A stretch of DNA of 50,183 nt from the IMG/VR virus record IMGVR_UViG_3300009085_000039, positions 1 through 50,183 of that record; one strand, given 5' to 3'. Positions within the stretch are counted from its first letter, which is position 1; every line of letters begins with the position of its first letter. This document shows positions 1 through 9,704 of the stretch, one piece after another. Source of the stretch: a virus (lineage: Duplodnaviria > Caudoviricetes). The position numbers were made by a program, and so were the translations under genes. Under the pieces are notes generated by a model. That model was not told the DNA's origin. It was given only the letters and a program-made list of their open reading frames with translations, and made no database searches.

Positions 1-53
1 ATAGGTTTATAATTTAATTAACCGGAGGGTCCATACCCCCAAAGGAGGACATC

Positions 54-767
54 ATGGGATCGCCTAAGAGTTTTGAGAAAATTACCACTCTAACTTCAGT
101 CACGACTTTAAGTTCAGCGGTTTACAATCCATCTCAGTTTTATTCAACCAATCTGACCAACGGGGCACTTACGTCTGGAACGTCATGGACAGGTGCGAAT
201 GACTTTGCCTCAACAGGGAATAAAGCTGTTTATACTCATAGTTCAGGGGCAGGAACATATACCCAGGCTGTGACGTCTTTAGCCCGTACCGGAAGATCGG
301 AACAGAAGTACAGGTTTATTTACACCGTATCAAGCCCTTCTGGAACCGCACCAACAGTTTCCGTTTCAACGGCTTTTGCGGGAGTTGCGGCGGCTCTTAT
401 TGGGCTTAGTGCGGCAGGGACATATCAAATCGATTTCGTTTCAGCGGCAAATCCAGCGGCGTTTGTCCTTTCGGGAACATCCACCACAACGGGTGCTGCT
501 TCGCTTGACGATCTTGAACTGTACGAGTTTGTTCAATCAAGTGACATCATGCAGGTAAAGAGGGCAGTTATTTCGGTTGAAACTGCATCGGTCAATTTCA
601 CCATAGACGGTTCTATGCCCACCGTTTCTTCGGGGACGTATCAGGGACATCTTCTTGATGCAGGTGATGTTCTCACGTTGAATGAGATTGATGAGATCCG
701 AAAATTCAGGTGTATCAATTCCGTAGCGTCGAATGGTGCCGTTCTTAAAGTCACCTATTCGTTCTAA
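54..767 (+). CDS. Virion structural protein with an inserted carbohydrate-binding-like beta-sandwich module
   Basis: SD AAGGAGG upstream; S/T/G/A-rich; central segment NLTNGALTSGTSW...SLDDLELYE resembles CBM-like jelly rolls; first gene of the tail cluster. Confidence 0.55.
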   Translation: MGSPKSFEKITTLTSVTTLSSAVYNPSQFYSTNLTNGALTSGTSWTGANDFASTGNKAVYTHSSGAGTYTQAVTSLARTGRSEQKYRFIYTVSSPSGTAPTVSVSTAFAGVAAALIGLSAAGTYQIDFVSAANPAAFVLSGTSTTTGAASLDDLELYEFVQSSDIMQVKRAVISVETASVNFTIDGSMPTVSSGTYQGHLLDAGDVLTLNEIDEIRKFRCINSVASNGAVLKVTYSF

Positions 768-778
768 GGAGGTCTGAC

Positions 779-2995
779 ATGAATATCAAACGAGACAACT
801 TTTCAAAGGTGTTTTCAGCGGTAAGACCTACGGAAGCAGATGCGGGATATACTGTTCCTACGTTATGGATTGATACCGCTGCGGATCAGGCATACATTCT
901 TACGGATGTCACCAGCGGTGTGGCTACATGGAAGAACGTAACCGGAGCTTCGACAACGCTTGATGCACAGAACTCTGTTCTTTCGATAGCGACAGCTTCA
1001 AGTGCACCCCCCACGGAAACAACGGGTAACAGGTATCTTTTAAGTTCTACCGGGACACCTCATGCGAATTGGGACGGGGCGTTAAACAACGACATAGTAG
1101 AGTTTGACGGTGCTTATTGGGTCGCCACGACACCTACAGAGGGCATGATAGTAGAGGTAGAAGACGTAAACACCATTTATCTCTATATTACGTCTTGGAC
1201 TGCATGGCAGAATCAGGCATTAACTACGACATCCTCTCCGACGTTTGTTAATATCACCGCGTCGGGGAATACCCCACTTAATCTTACCGGTACGGCGGTC
1301 ACGAAGGGTGTCAACTTTGCCAACGCAACCGTAGATATGAGCGATGCTGACAATACCATGCTGTCTTACGGGACATGGAATGATGAAGTAGACGTTGGGG
1401 CGCATACAGCGCATTTTGTTCCCTGGCAGGTGCATATGCACTCAACATCCGCTTCTGCCTTTGACATTGCCGCCATGAGGCTCAGGGTTGACACGGACGG
1501 GGACAACACAGGTGCGGCGTTACAGGTGCTTCAGCTTCGGTCCTCTATCATCAACGATACCGCTTCAATAGGTACAATGGGCGCAGGACTAAGTATTGAC
1601 GCAGCGTGTAATGTCGATACGGGGGAAGTGGTGGTTGGTGGCTTCTCGATTGCCGGTGCATACAAACCAACTACTGGCGCACCGAATAAGGTTACTGTTT
1701 TACAGGCTTGTAACTGGAATACTTATGCCGGGACTTCTGTCAACTACCTCATTGATGCGTATCAGAATGGCGCAGGGAATACCGTTGACGCTTTACTTAG
1801 AGGAAATGTCATTGCGGGTACGGCGACGGTCGGTGCGGAAATTGCAAATACTTCTGGAACACTAACAACGGGTTTGAAGTTTACAGGAACGATTGGGACG
1901 GACATAAGCCTCCAAAATGGAGAGACAATCAGCAACACAGTAAATGGGGCAATAGCATTAGGTGGTGCTACGAGTATGAAAGGCCCCGCAGCCGTAACCT
2001 CTTTCGCGGGTACGGTAACAGCAGCGGCCTCTACTTCCGTGACATTCTCAAGCGCGGCGGATGCTATCCTTTGCGGGTATAACGCCACTAACCCTGTCTT
2101 GGGTGCAACGCTGATCTCCAATGCCCTTACAAGATATATCGTAAGCTGGACGAACGCCACGACAGCGGTGGTTGATAGCTCAGTAACATGGGCGGGTACG
2201 GTGATTACGAGTTGCCAGTTGCCGATTGCTACGTTTGTGGATTCGAGCGGAGGAGTTGCTGGATGGATTTCGGCTGGCAGAAATATGGTTATATTTGCTC
2301 CTGGTTATTCCGATACGGCTGGGTTGGCTACTATATTGAAATTTGGGAGGCCGGATAAAGCGGACGGCCAGTTTCAATATCGACTTGATAATACTCGTGG
2401 CGACTTATGTTTAGATGGTTTTAGTGGTGGGAATTGGGTCGAGGTGATTCGGTGGGCGGTCACTGCTCGTAATGTTATTATCGGTGGCGTTGTTCCAGGC
2501 ACCTCCGCAGTTAAGATGCTCTACATGGGTTCTGGAACTGATGCCTCAGATTCCCCCGCAGATGCGGCAGGTATTGTGGTTAAAGACAAAGGTGCGGTTG
2601 CTGGAAAAGCCGCTTTCCATATGCGTGACGAAGCAGGGAACAACGGGCCGGTAGCGTTTGGGAACCTTGTCATCACAAGCCACGGGGCAACTGAATCAGC
2701 TACGGCAGATACGATGTATGGTAATGCTCACCTTGTTACGGGCAATTATGTCGTCAGCCTCCCCACGGCAACAGTCGGGTATAACACAACCTTTATGGCT
2801 ACTACTGCGGCGGCTTTCTCCCTCGATTTACTTACTGGAACGGATGTGTTTTACCTTGATGGGGTCGCGCTTACTGCCGGTTACAAAGTTACGTCTGACG
2901 CATCAATAAGAGCCGAAGTCCAAGTGAGATGCCTTGTTACAGGTTTCTATGAAGTAACAACTGTGAATGGTAGCTTCATCGACGGAGGTGCTTAA
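779..2995 (+). CDS. Tail fibre / receptor-binding protein (DUF2793-like N-terminal region)
   Basis: 738 aa, T/A/G-rich; PPTETTGNRYLL...WDG..NDIVEFDGAYW...PTEG..VEVED pattern typical of DUF2793-like fibre domains; SD AAGGAGG. Confidence 0.7.
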   Translation: MNIKRDNFSKVFSAVRPTEADAGYTVPTLWIDTAADQAYILTDVTSGVATWKNVTGASTTLDAQNSVLSIATASSAPPTETTGNRYLLSSTGTPHANWDGALNNDIVEFDGAYWVATTPTEGMIVEVEDVNTIYLYITSWTAWQNQALTTTSSPTFVNITASGNTPLNLTGTAVTKGVNFANATVDMSDADNTMLSYGTWNDEVDVGAHTAHFVPWQVHMHSTSASAFDIAAMRLRVDTDGDNTGAALQVLQLRSSIINDTASIGTMGAGLSIDAACNVDTGEVVVGGFSIAGAYKPTTGAPNKVTVLQACNWNTYAGTSVNYLIDAYQNGAGNTVDALLRGNVIAGTATVGAEIANTSGTLTTGLKFTGTIGTDISLQNGETISNTVNGAIALGGATSMKGPAAVTSFAGTVTAAASTSVTFSSAADAILCGYNATNPVLGATLISNALTRYIVSWTNATTAVVDSSVTWAGTVITSCQLPIATFVDSSGGVAGWISAGRNMVIFAPGYSDTAGLATILKFGRPDKADGQFQYRLDNTRGDLCLDGFSGGNWVEVIRWAVTARNVIIGGVVPGTSAVKMLYMGSGTDASDSPADAAGIVVKDKGAVAGKAAFHMRDEAGNNGPVAFGNLVITSHGATESATADTMYGNAHLVTGNYVVSLPTATVGYNTTFMATTAAAFSLDLLTGTDVFYLDGVALTAGYKVTSDASIRAEVQVRCLVTGFYEVTTVNGSFIDGGA

Positions 2996-4440
2996 TGAAA
3001 GCCTCTACTAAACGTAAATCAGTCGCCTCCGGTACAGTCACCAGCGGCATGAAGATAAGCGCGACAGATGGTGTTGCCTTCGTTGATTTCACAGCCGCGA
3101 CGTATCTCCCGAACAGCGATTCTACGCCTTTGCCGAACTATCTCGGCCACCTCCTGAGAATCTACGACAGCTCAAACAGGTGGATAGAGGGGTATATCAA
3201 GGCGGCGGGGAGTGCGGAGACGTTTGAAGATGTTATTGGAGGAACAAATCCAGCCTTATTAAACGGTGATTTCGAATCCGCCGAACCTCCTGGAGTCGTG
3301 TGGAGTCGTGGAACTGGATGGGTGATTACTGGTGGGGTGGCTGTCGCGACTGCCGTTGCCGCAAATGTAAGTTTATATCAAAGCCTTACAGGTCTTACCC
3401 CTAATTATCTGTATAAGGCAAGTGCAGATTTTGTTGTTACTACGGGAACAGTGGCGCATAGGTTTGATGCGGTAAATGGGCCAACTATATCTACATCAGG
3501 CACATATTCGCACTACAGAACCATCCAAAACTCAAACATTGACCCTCTGGTTAGGGCATTGACAGAATTTACCGGAACAGTAAATAATTACAGTTGGAGA
3601 AAAGTCCTCACCCCCAGTTCCACCGGCTGCACCATCTCCAACACAAAGGGCGGCTCTGTGATGAACTGGAAGAGCAAGAACGCATCCTTCAACTACAATG
3701 ATTCCAGCTATTCATACCGAATCTACAAGGACAAGGCGGCGGTTGTCGTGGCTACTGACACCATCGCGGCAGGTGCGGCCAAATTAGATACCACCACAGC
3801 AAATGCCTTCTACGGCGGTGCGGTTGATCTCTCAGCCTACCAGACAGGAAAGCATATCCTTGCTCTCTACAACACGACAGGCGGTTACGGGGCTATTGCG
3901 TGGATAAGCGCGGAAGCACCGGCGGGGGAGACACTGGGAGGCGACCTTGTCACTGACCCGTTATTTAATGATGACGGTGCTTGGGCAAAAGAGGAAGCGG
4001 CTTGGACAGTAGATACAACGAATCATTGGGCTGTTGCAACTCTTGTTCGTAATAATTACTGGATAAAAAATACTCTATCTTCGGCTTCAACAGTTGGGAG
4101 TTTATATAAAATCGCCGGAGAATGTCTAACACTTACGAGTTCCACTTGGAATCTTGCCTTTTCTGGATCAACTTCTTTGCCAACTGTTTATTCAAGTACT
4201 GGCGTAAAAACGATATATCTTACCTCCGACCAAATAGGTACAACCGCTGGTTTTTCTGGTAGAAATGACAATACTTCTGGAACATTTGATAATTTCCATG
4301 TGTATAAATTTACCGCCCCCGTCGCCACAGGCGCGCTCCTTCTCTCTACTCGCGGAGGCTCAAGGGGATGGATAAGTAAACACGCATCGTTCGATCCGAA
4401 TTTAGAAATGACCTACAAGATTTACTATGTGGGAGATTGA
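2995..4440 (+). CDS. Tail-associated protein made of two homologous halves, each with a CBM-like insert
   Basis: Internal duplication (HLLRIYD..GSAETF...TKGGS..WKSKNASF..YRIY vs HILALYN..PAGETL...TRGGSRGWISKHASF..YKIY); TAATG coupling to the upstream gene. Confidence 0.6.
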   Translation: MKASTKRKSVASGTVTSGMKISATDGVAFVDFTAATYLPNSDSTPLPNYLGHLLRIYDSSNRWIEGYIKAAGSAETFEDVIGGTNPALLNGDFESAEPPGVVWSRGTGWVITGGVAVATAVAANVSLYQSLTGLTPNYLYKASADFVVTTGTVAHRFDAVNGPTISTSGTYSHYRTIQNSNIDPLVRALTEFTGTVNNYSWRKVLTPSSTGCTISNTKGGSVMNWKSKNASFNYNDSSYSYRIYKDKAAVVVATDTIAAGAAKLDTTTANAFYGGAVDLSAYQTGKHILALYNTTGGYGAIAWISAEAPAGETLGGDLVTDPLFNDDGAWAKEEAAWTVDTTNHWAVATLVRNNYWIKNTLSSASTVGSLYKIAGECLTLTSSTWNLAFSGSTSLPTVYSSTGVKTIYLTSDQIGTTAGFSGRNDNTSGTFDNFHVYKFTAPVATGALLLSTRGGSRGWISKHASFDPNLEMTYKIYYVGD

Positions 4441-4763
4441 GCATGAAACTCCTTGCCTGGCTTATAATCTTACTTATGTCTGGATGTGGCTACCCTCATT
4501 CGTTTCATCACAAGTATGTCCTTCCCGCTGGTACGGAGATCCATATAGTAAGTGACCGATCACTCTACGACGTAAAGGAAAGAATAGACAGGGATGGCTA
4601 TGTTCACATTCCTTCTTCTTGCACCCCTCGTATATGGGTAACAGGCTACCAGCGCAGAGATGGAAAGATCAGCGTGGATAAGCCTTGGGTACTTGGGCAT
4701 GAGATAGAGGAAGTGCTGAAGTATTGTACAGATGGGACTTACTACTTACCGGAGCATAATTAA
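4437..4763 (+). CDS. Putative lipoprotein
   Basis: MKLLAWLIILLMSG-C signal peptide with lipobox; HEIEE zincin-like motif near the C-terminus. Confidence 0.55.
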   Translation: MSMKLLAWLIILLMSGCGYPHSFHHKYVLPAGTEIHIVSDRSLYDVKERIDRDGYVHIPSSCTPRIWVTGYQRRDGKISVDKPWVLGHEIEEVLKYCTDGTYYLPEHN

Positions 4764-6689
4764 ATGGACATACCTTTAATTAACACAAAACTTGCAGGGA
4801 TAGATCAGCTGGTGTCAGAGATCAGAACCCTGGTAAATGAGGTGCCAGTACCTCCCGATCCTCCTGAGCCTCCGCTCCCTGGTGATGATGCGATCATAAG
4901 CCGTATGGTGGGTACGTCCCTTCTTACGATCCGGGGAGCTAGCAAGTACGCAGGGGCGATTGATTTTCTCATCTGGAACGGCAAGGAGTTTGTATCCCGA
5001 ACCTGCACAGGTGATTTGCTCCAGACTGCCCTGGCTTGTAATGACTTGGCTGAGAGATACAATCCCACCGAGGCGGGCAATAGGTCTGGTGAGCCAAGTA
5101 AGCTAATCTCCATGACAGCCAATGGTAACGTGCTGAATACCAAGTGCCAGATGGCGTTCTACCTCAGCCCTGGTGAAGTATCAAATCCCAATGGGGAAGG
5201 CCCACAGACTCTACCTGCTGTAAACACGACGGAGCTGAGCGACTACATCCTTACAAAGAAAGTCACGATAGGCCATGCTTCATCTGACCACGTGATCGAG
5301 TTCCTATTAAACATCCATATCCCTGAACCCTGCAATACCATCATTGAGGCATTGACTGGATACATGCCAGCGGAGTTTAGCTCATTCTATACTTACAACC
5401 ATTCAACTCGTGAGCTATACCCTATCTCTGAGGGGCCAGGCGAGCAACAGTATCCACTTGTCTTTGCTTCCGGTGACACTCACGCGATGGGCTGTTACTG
5501 CCCTGACTTACCTATTCAGAATCAGTATAAGTATCTCGGCTATGGTAGATCCGCTCCACCGTGGGTCGCTGATGGCATGGTCAAATGGAACATGGTCTTT
5601 CGCATGAATGGATTGACTCCCGGAGACTATGCCTTCCGATGCTATGTAATGGTCGGCACGCTCGAGAACGTGCGGGTCTCGATGGTCCAGCTTCACAACT
5701 ACTTTGGCGGGGTAACTCCTACTCCTCCTACGCCTCCTCCTGGGGATGAAATCAAAGACTTCAACCGACTTCCTGAGTGCGACAACCCAAGTGCAATCTA
5801 TTTCAGCGCGGGTAATGTTAACGGTGATATGCACGTCGGAGAGTATGGCTACCAGAACGGGAGAACGAAATCATCCCTCTGGAAATATCCTCACAGCTTT
5901 GTCCGAGACTTCGATTGCGAAGCTATCTTTGATTTGTGTATGCATAAGGGGATCAATCTTCTTGCGCTGGAACGCGGCGGGTGGGGATCAGAAATAGACA
6001 GGGGTATGATCTATCGTCTATCGGGAAACTCATGGATAGAGACTTATAGACATCCCTCTCTGGCATCTGCTCTCAAGATGAAATCGTGTGCCGATGGGTA
6101 CGTCTATGCGACACTCGGTGAATCTTCGGTCCGCTCGCTCGATGGTATAACATGGGGAGTTTACAACGACACGCCTGGATACTGTCAATGGGATGTCACG
6201 GATTCAGGGGCAGATATATGGATCGCCGGAGCGTACGGGGGTGACTACGGCCCAGGGTGTCATCCGGTAGTCTGGAAAAACAGAAGCATGGTGTGGGATT
6301 CGCTACAAGAAGATGCAGGTTTTCTCGGCATTGCGGCTTTTAACGGGAACATATTTTTGGCTCAGGCAAACCCGGCGCAGATTATTCGATTCTCCGATAA
6401 GAAGGTCGTGTTGAATCGCCCAGGACAGGCCAAGTTCACCAAGTTAGTCATAGATGAGTTTGCGAAAACCCTCTACGCAATTACCTGTGTGCCGGACAGC
6501 GCAGCTTCAGGCGCAGAGGTCTGGTCAACAAAGGATGGTAATGCATGGAAGCAGATGCCAGGGCCGTATTCAGTGCCACATCTATTCAATGCCTACTATA
6601 ATCCATCGACAAAAGAGATATGGCTTACTGGCGGGAAATGGTCGCAAAGGTCAGGTGGGTACGGTAGAATATATAAGAGTGTTCGATAG
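4764..6689 (+). CDS. Two-domain protein: beta-sandwich/mutarotase-like domain plus beta-propeller-like domain, with Pro-rich linkers
   Basis: 641 aa; PVPPDPPEPP and PTPPTPPP linkers; Asp-box-like RSLDGITW and STKDGNAW motifs in the C-terminal half. Confidence 0.45.
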   Translation: MDIPLINTKLAGIDQLVSEIRTLVNEVPVPPDPPEPPLPGDDAIISRMVGTSLLTIRGASKYAGAIDFLIWNGKEFVSRTCTGDLLQTALACNDLAERYNPTEAGNRSGEPSKLISMTANGNVLNTKCQMAFYLSPGEVSNPNGEGPQTLPAVNTTELSDYILTKKVTIGHASSDHVIEFLLNIHIPEPCNTIIEALTGYMPAEFSSFYTYNHSTRELYPISEGPGEQQYPLVFASGDTHAMGCYCPDLPIQNQYKYLGYGRSAPPWVADGMVKWNMVFRMNGLTPGDYAFRCYVMVGTLENVRVSMVQLHNYFGGVTPTPPTPPPGDEIKDFNRLPECDNPSAIYFSAGNVNGDMHVGEYGYQNGRTKSSLWKYPHSFVRDFDCEAIFDLCMHKGINLLALERGGWGSEIDRGMIYRLSGNSWIETYRHPSLASALKMKSCADGYVYATLGESSVRSLDGITWGVYNDTPGYCQWDVTDSGADIWIAGAYGGDYGPGCHPVVWKNRSMVWDSLQEDAGFLGIAAFNGNIFLAQANPAQIIRFSDKKVVLNRPGQAKFTKLVIDEFAKTLYAITCVPDSAASGAEVWSTKDGNAWKQMPGPYSVPHLFNAYYNPSTKEIWLTGGKWSQRSGGYGRIYKSVR

Positions 6690-6709
6690 GATAAGGGGGC
6701 CACAAATGT

Positions 6710-6934
6710 ATGGATTTCGCTTCTCTTGCTCAGCAATACGGGACACCTGCGTTGGTAGTTGCCATCATCGGATTTGTGGTCTCTCACTTTCTGTCTGGCT
6801 ATTCGAATCACAAAAAAGATGTCTACCGGAAGATTGAGGAGCGTGTGAAAGACGGAATTTGCAAAGAACGACGAGAGGCAATCGACAAACAGATCAACGA
6901 GCACAAGCAGGATGGGAACCATGAACGGATATAA
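6710..6934 (+). CDS. Holin-like membrane protein
   Basis: One N-terminal TM segment and a charged tail; upstream of the endolysin. Confidence 0.45.
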   Translation: MDFASLAQQYGTPALVVAIIGFVVSHFLSGYSNHKKDVYRKIEERVKDGICKERREAIDKQINEHKQDGNHERI

Positions 6935-7454
6935 GAAATCAATACTTGCCGCGATAATCGTACTTGCCTTGCTTGTGGCAGGCGCATGGGTTGATAGGTG
7001 GTACTGGGAACACTGGCCTATGGTTCCTCTCGTTCTACACGGCGATAAGATAAAGATCACTAACGCCAACCGTGAAGTTTGCCAGGGGAGTATGCTGCTG
7101 TATGCAATAGAGGGCGAAAAATTAATGGAATACACCGGGGCCGTGGTGAAGCGACAGCTTATTAATTCCTACGTGATAACCTACCCGGCTTCGCAGCCAC
7201 CTACAAAACCGATGGGGCATATTGATGTAGGTGGACACCTGCATGTCCCGAAGATGGCAGAGGTTGGTGACTGGTACATGCGATGGGAAGTCATAGTTCC
7301 GCTTGGCCCGGAGAAGTACGGGAGAAAATTCAGCATAGCAAAGAACAGTGAGCCGTTCTGGGTTGTGGACTGCGATAATGACAAAGGTGAAAAGGGTGAT
7401 CGTGGCCCGAAGGGAGACAAGGGTGAACCCGGCAAAGGTTTCTGGGGGAAGTAA
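6921..7454 (+). CDS. Membrane-anchored protein with C-terminal collagen-like G-X-Y repeats
   Basis: N-terminal TM helix; C-terminal GEKGDRGPKGDKGEPGKG. Confidence 0.55.
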   Translation: MNGYKKSILAAIIVLALLVAGAWVDRWYWEHWPMVPLVLHGDKIKITNANREVCQGSMLLYAIEGEKLMEYTGAVVKRQLINSYVITYPASQPPTKPMGHIDVGGHLHVPKMAEVGDWYMRWEVIVPLGPEKYGRKFSIAKNSEPFWVVDCDNDKGEKGDRGPKGDKGEPGKGFWGK

Positions 7455-7526
7455 ATGACCATCATCCGTTTTATTCTTATCGACTGGTGGGTGTGGCTGA
7501 TTGTTCTGGCGATGAATTGCAGGTGA
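7455..7526 (+). CDS. 23-aa hydrophobic peptide (MTIIRFILIDWWVWLIVLAMNCR)
   Basis: Translated by hand; fills the gap between 7454 and the endolysin. Confidence 0.4.
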   Translation: MTIIRFILIDWWVWLIVLAMNCR

Positions 7527-7529
7527 GGC

Positions 7530-7835
7530 ATGAATACCCTTAGAGTTAAAAGAGCATTGTTCACTTCTCTTGTTCCGATACTGATTAACGAGATGATTTC
7601 AGCAGGGTATATCCCTCTGATTGGAAAAGACGGTCTGAAGCATAGGCCGGGGAGTCTGCACTATGAAGGTTTAGCCGTGGACATCGACCTGTTCAAAGGC
7701 GATGAGTACCAGGATAAGACGGAGCAGCATCAAGTGTTCGGAGAAATGTGGGAGAAGTTACATCCTGATTGTAGGTGGGGTGGAAGATTCAGCGACGGAA
7801 ATCACTACAGCGTAACATACTTAAACAAGGCTTGA
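7530..7835 (+). CDS. Endolysin, M15 family zinc peptidase (L-Ala-D-Glu peptidase-like)
   Basis: SLHYEGLAVDID and RWGGRFSDGNHYS motifs (SxH...D, DxxH). Confidence 0.85.
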   Translation: MNTLRVKRALFTSLVPILINEMISAGYIPLIGKDGLKHRPGSLHYEGLAVDIDLFKGDEYQDKTEQHQVFGEMWEKLHPDCRWGGRFSDGNHYSVTYLNKA

Positions 7836-7836
7836 T

Positions 7837-8436
7837 ATGACTCGCATACTCACAGGGCTTCAGACGGATCATCTCGACAATGAAAGATGGGTAAGAATAA
7901 CATCCCCCTTTGTCTGCGAGCTGGATTGTCTAAGAGAGGCAGGGTTACAGTCAAGAGTGACCGTACAGGCTGGTTTTATCCAGGACTTTGAGAGTATCCC
8001 TATCGTCAGAGGTCGGAATAAGCGCGGTGGGACGATACACGATTATCTATCTTGTCATGACTCTATTCCGGTTGTCACTAAGCAGCTCGCGGCGGAAGCA
8101 TATTGGGAGATGAACGTATATACGGATAGCATAGACCACAGTAGAAACTATCCCGTTATGGTCGCAGATTGGGCGCGGAGGTGGAGCAAGTGGGCCGTGG
8201 TCAGAGTATGGCCTGGATACTTCCACAAGAGAAGCATCTATGCGACCTGCAAGGAATTGACTGGATTAGAGGGCGATCCCTACATCACTATTGAGAAGCT
8301 GAAGGCGTTGATCGTCAAGACAAAAGAGGTATCCGCTGACCTAAAAGAAGTAGACGCTGATACGAAAGAAATGGTCAAGGAAACTGATCATGTTACCGAA
8401 GGGTTGAAGGATGCGATAGAGGAGAAGAAGGCATGA
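7837..8436 (+). CDS. DUF1353-like protein
   Basis: VQAGFIQDFESIP and TIHDYL motifs; lysis-module location. Confidence 0.65.
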   Translation: MTRILTGLQTDHLDNERWVRITSPFVCELDCLREAGLQSRVTVQAGFIQDFESIPIVRGRNKRGGTIHDYLSCHDSIPVVTKQLAAEAYWEMNVYTDSIDHSRNYPVMVADWARRWSKWAVVRVWPGYFHKRSIYATCKELTGLEGDPYITIEKLKALIVKTKEVSADLKEVDADTKEMVKETDHVTEGLKDAIEEKKA

Positions 8437-8630
8437 AAGACATCATCTGCAACGACAAGTTTCTGGTGACCTTTGCCGTGACGATCCTTGGAGTAGGAGC
8501 CTATGGGTGGAGCATCACGACAGGGGTTTCGGCAGAAAACATAATTACCGCTATCGTGTCGGGACTTTTCGGCATGGCTGCTGGAAGATCAATGACAAGA
8601 AACGACGACAAACCCCAAGGGAAGAAATAA
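8433..8630 (+). CDS. Holin-like two-TM protein
   Basis: Two hydrophobic segments, basic C-terminus, ATGA overlap. Confidence 0.55.
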   Translation: MKDIICNDKFLVTFAVTILGVGAYGWSITTGVSAENIITAIVSGLFGMAAGRSMTRNDDKPQGKK

Positions 8631-8693
8631 AGTCACGGGGAGGTATTCACCAGACTAACTTCCTCTCGACCGAGAGCGGGGCAGAAAAAACAC

Positions 8694-8721
8694 TTGACAA
8701 ATGATTTTATTTCCATAGAAT
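8694..8721 (+). promoter_or_regulatory. Sigma70-type promoter
   Basis: TTGACA-N16-TAGAAT preceded by an A-tract. Confidence 0.7.
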
Positions 8722-8823
8722 AGAGTCAACTTAAATCAAAGGAGAATGGCATGAGGCTGGTAACCTCGATAAAAACATCATCAGATTTTCCATTCGTGCA
8801 GGCCACCAACCTGCCCTTTGATA

Positions 8824-9053
8824 AGCAGCCCCATCGGATTCGTTCTGGTGGGGTTTCTTATTTCCTACCGCACAGAAATTCAAAGCTAATAGCCCTGCCA
8901 ATGAATGTGCGGAAAGTGTTGACCTTCAGTGATACGCAAGTGCGGGATGGGATTTTGAATTTTGCGTTGAAGGTTCCCGTGAGGATACCAAACCAACCAA
9001 CGGAGAGAGACACCCATATCACCCCCTCCGCGTCGATAGGCTCCCCACGGGAA
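8824..9053 (+). ncRNA. Putative structured RNA (consecutive stems)
   Basis: Stems: GCCCCATCGG/CTGGTGGGGT; CCGCACA 8868/TGTGCGG 8906; ACCTTCA+ACGCAA / TTGCGT+TGAAGGT 8922-8974; TTCCCGTG 8974/CACGGGAA 9046 enclosing CGGAG/CTCCG. Confidence 0.4.
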
Positions 9054-9235
9054 TATAGTGCCATAAGTACAAATCATCCCTATCAAAAATCTGGTGAAAA
9101 AGCAAAGGGCTACTCTGTGTCTCTGCTCGTCCTTTAGGGTTCTGATCTGTACGAAAGCTACGCATTTTCTCTCCTAAGACCTGTGAAACCAGTGAGGGGG
9201 GTGGTGTCTCTTAAATCTAATCTCTGGTGCCTTGC

Positions 9236-9676
9236 CTATTTTAGATAGTCTATAAATCGTGTTCCCCACATCTTTGACGGCTTATATCCTAATTGTTTAC
9301 ATAGATCAGCCATTGCTTCAAGATATGTATTCCCAAACCCTGCTGGGGATACCTGCAAATCAACAAAATCTTTATGCTTAGCGGTTTTCTTATCGCCATC
9401 TACGTCAAGTAATAAGCCAACTCGTTCTGCGTATTCTTTCGCATCCTCGTCATCGCATCCCCATTTATTTGCAAGTTCTAATATCCTTTCCTTTCTCGCC
9501 CCTGCCGCCAAACCCTCAATGCATATCGACCATGCATCTAATCTATTATCCGGGTCGCATGGCCAAAGCCCTACAGCAAATGGAGACTCGCGTATATCTG
9601 CCGCCGTTTCACCGAGTTCACGTTTGTAAATCATTTCCCCGTTGGTGTGTAGATAATACCATCCTTGTAACATCAC
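9236..9676 (-). CDS. Hypothetical protein
   Basis: SD AAGGAGG; protein-like composition; last gene of the leftward operon. Confidence 0.75.
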   Translation of the reverse strand: MMLQGWYYLHTNGEMIYKRELGETAADIRESPFAVGLWPCDPDNRLDAWSICIEGLAAGARKERILELANKWGCDDEDAKEYAERVGLLLDVDGDKKTAKHKDFVDLQVSPAGFGNTYLEAMADLCKQLGYKPSKMWGTRFIDYLK

Positions 9677-9704
9677 TTCCTCCTTTTAATAGTTGGTGCC
9701 TTGC

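Noticed and set aside
54-6689. Diversity-generating retroelement acting on tail genes
   Set aside because: No reverse transcriptase and no TR/VR nucleotide repeat pair noticed
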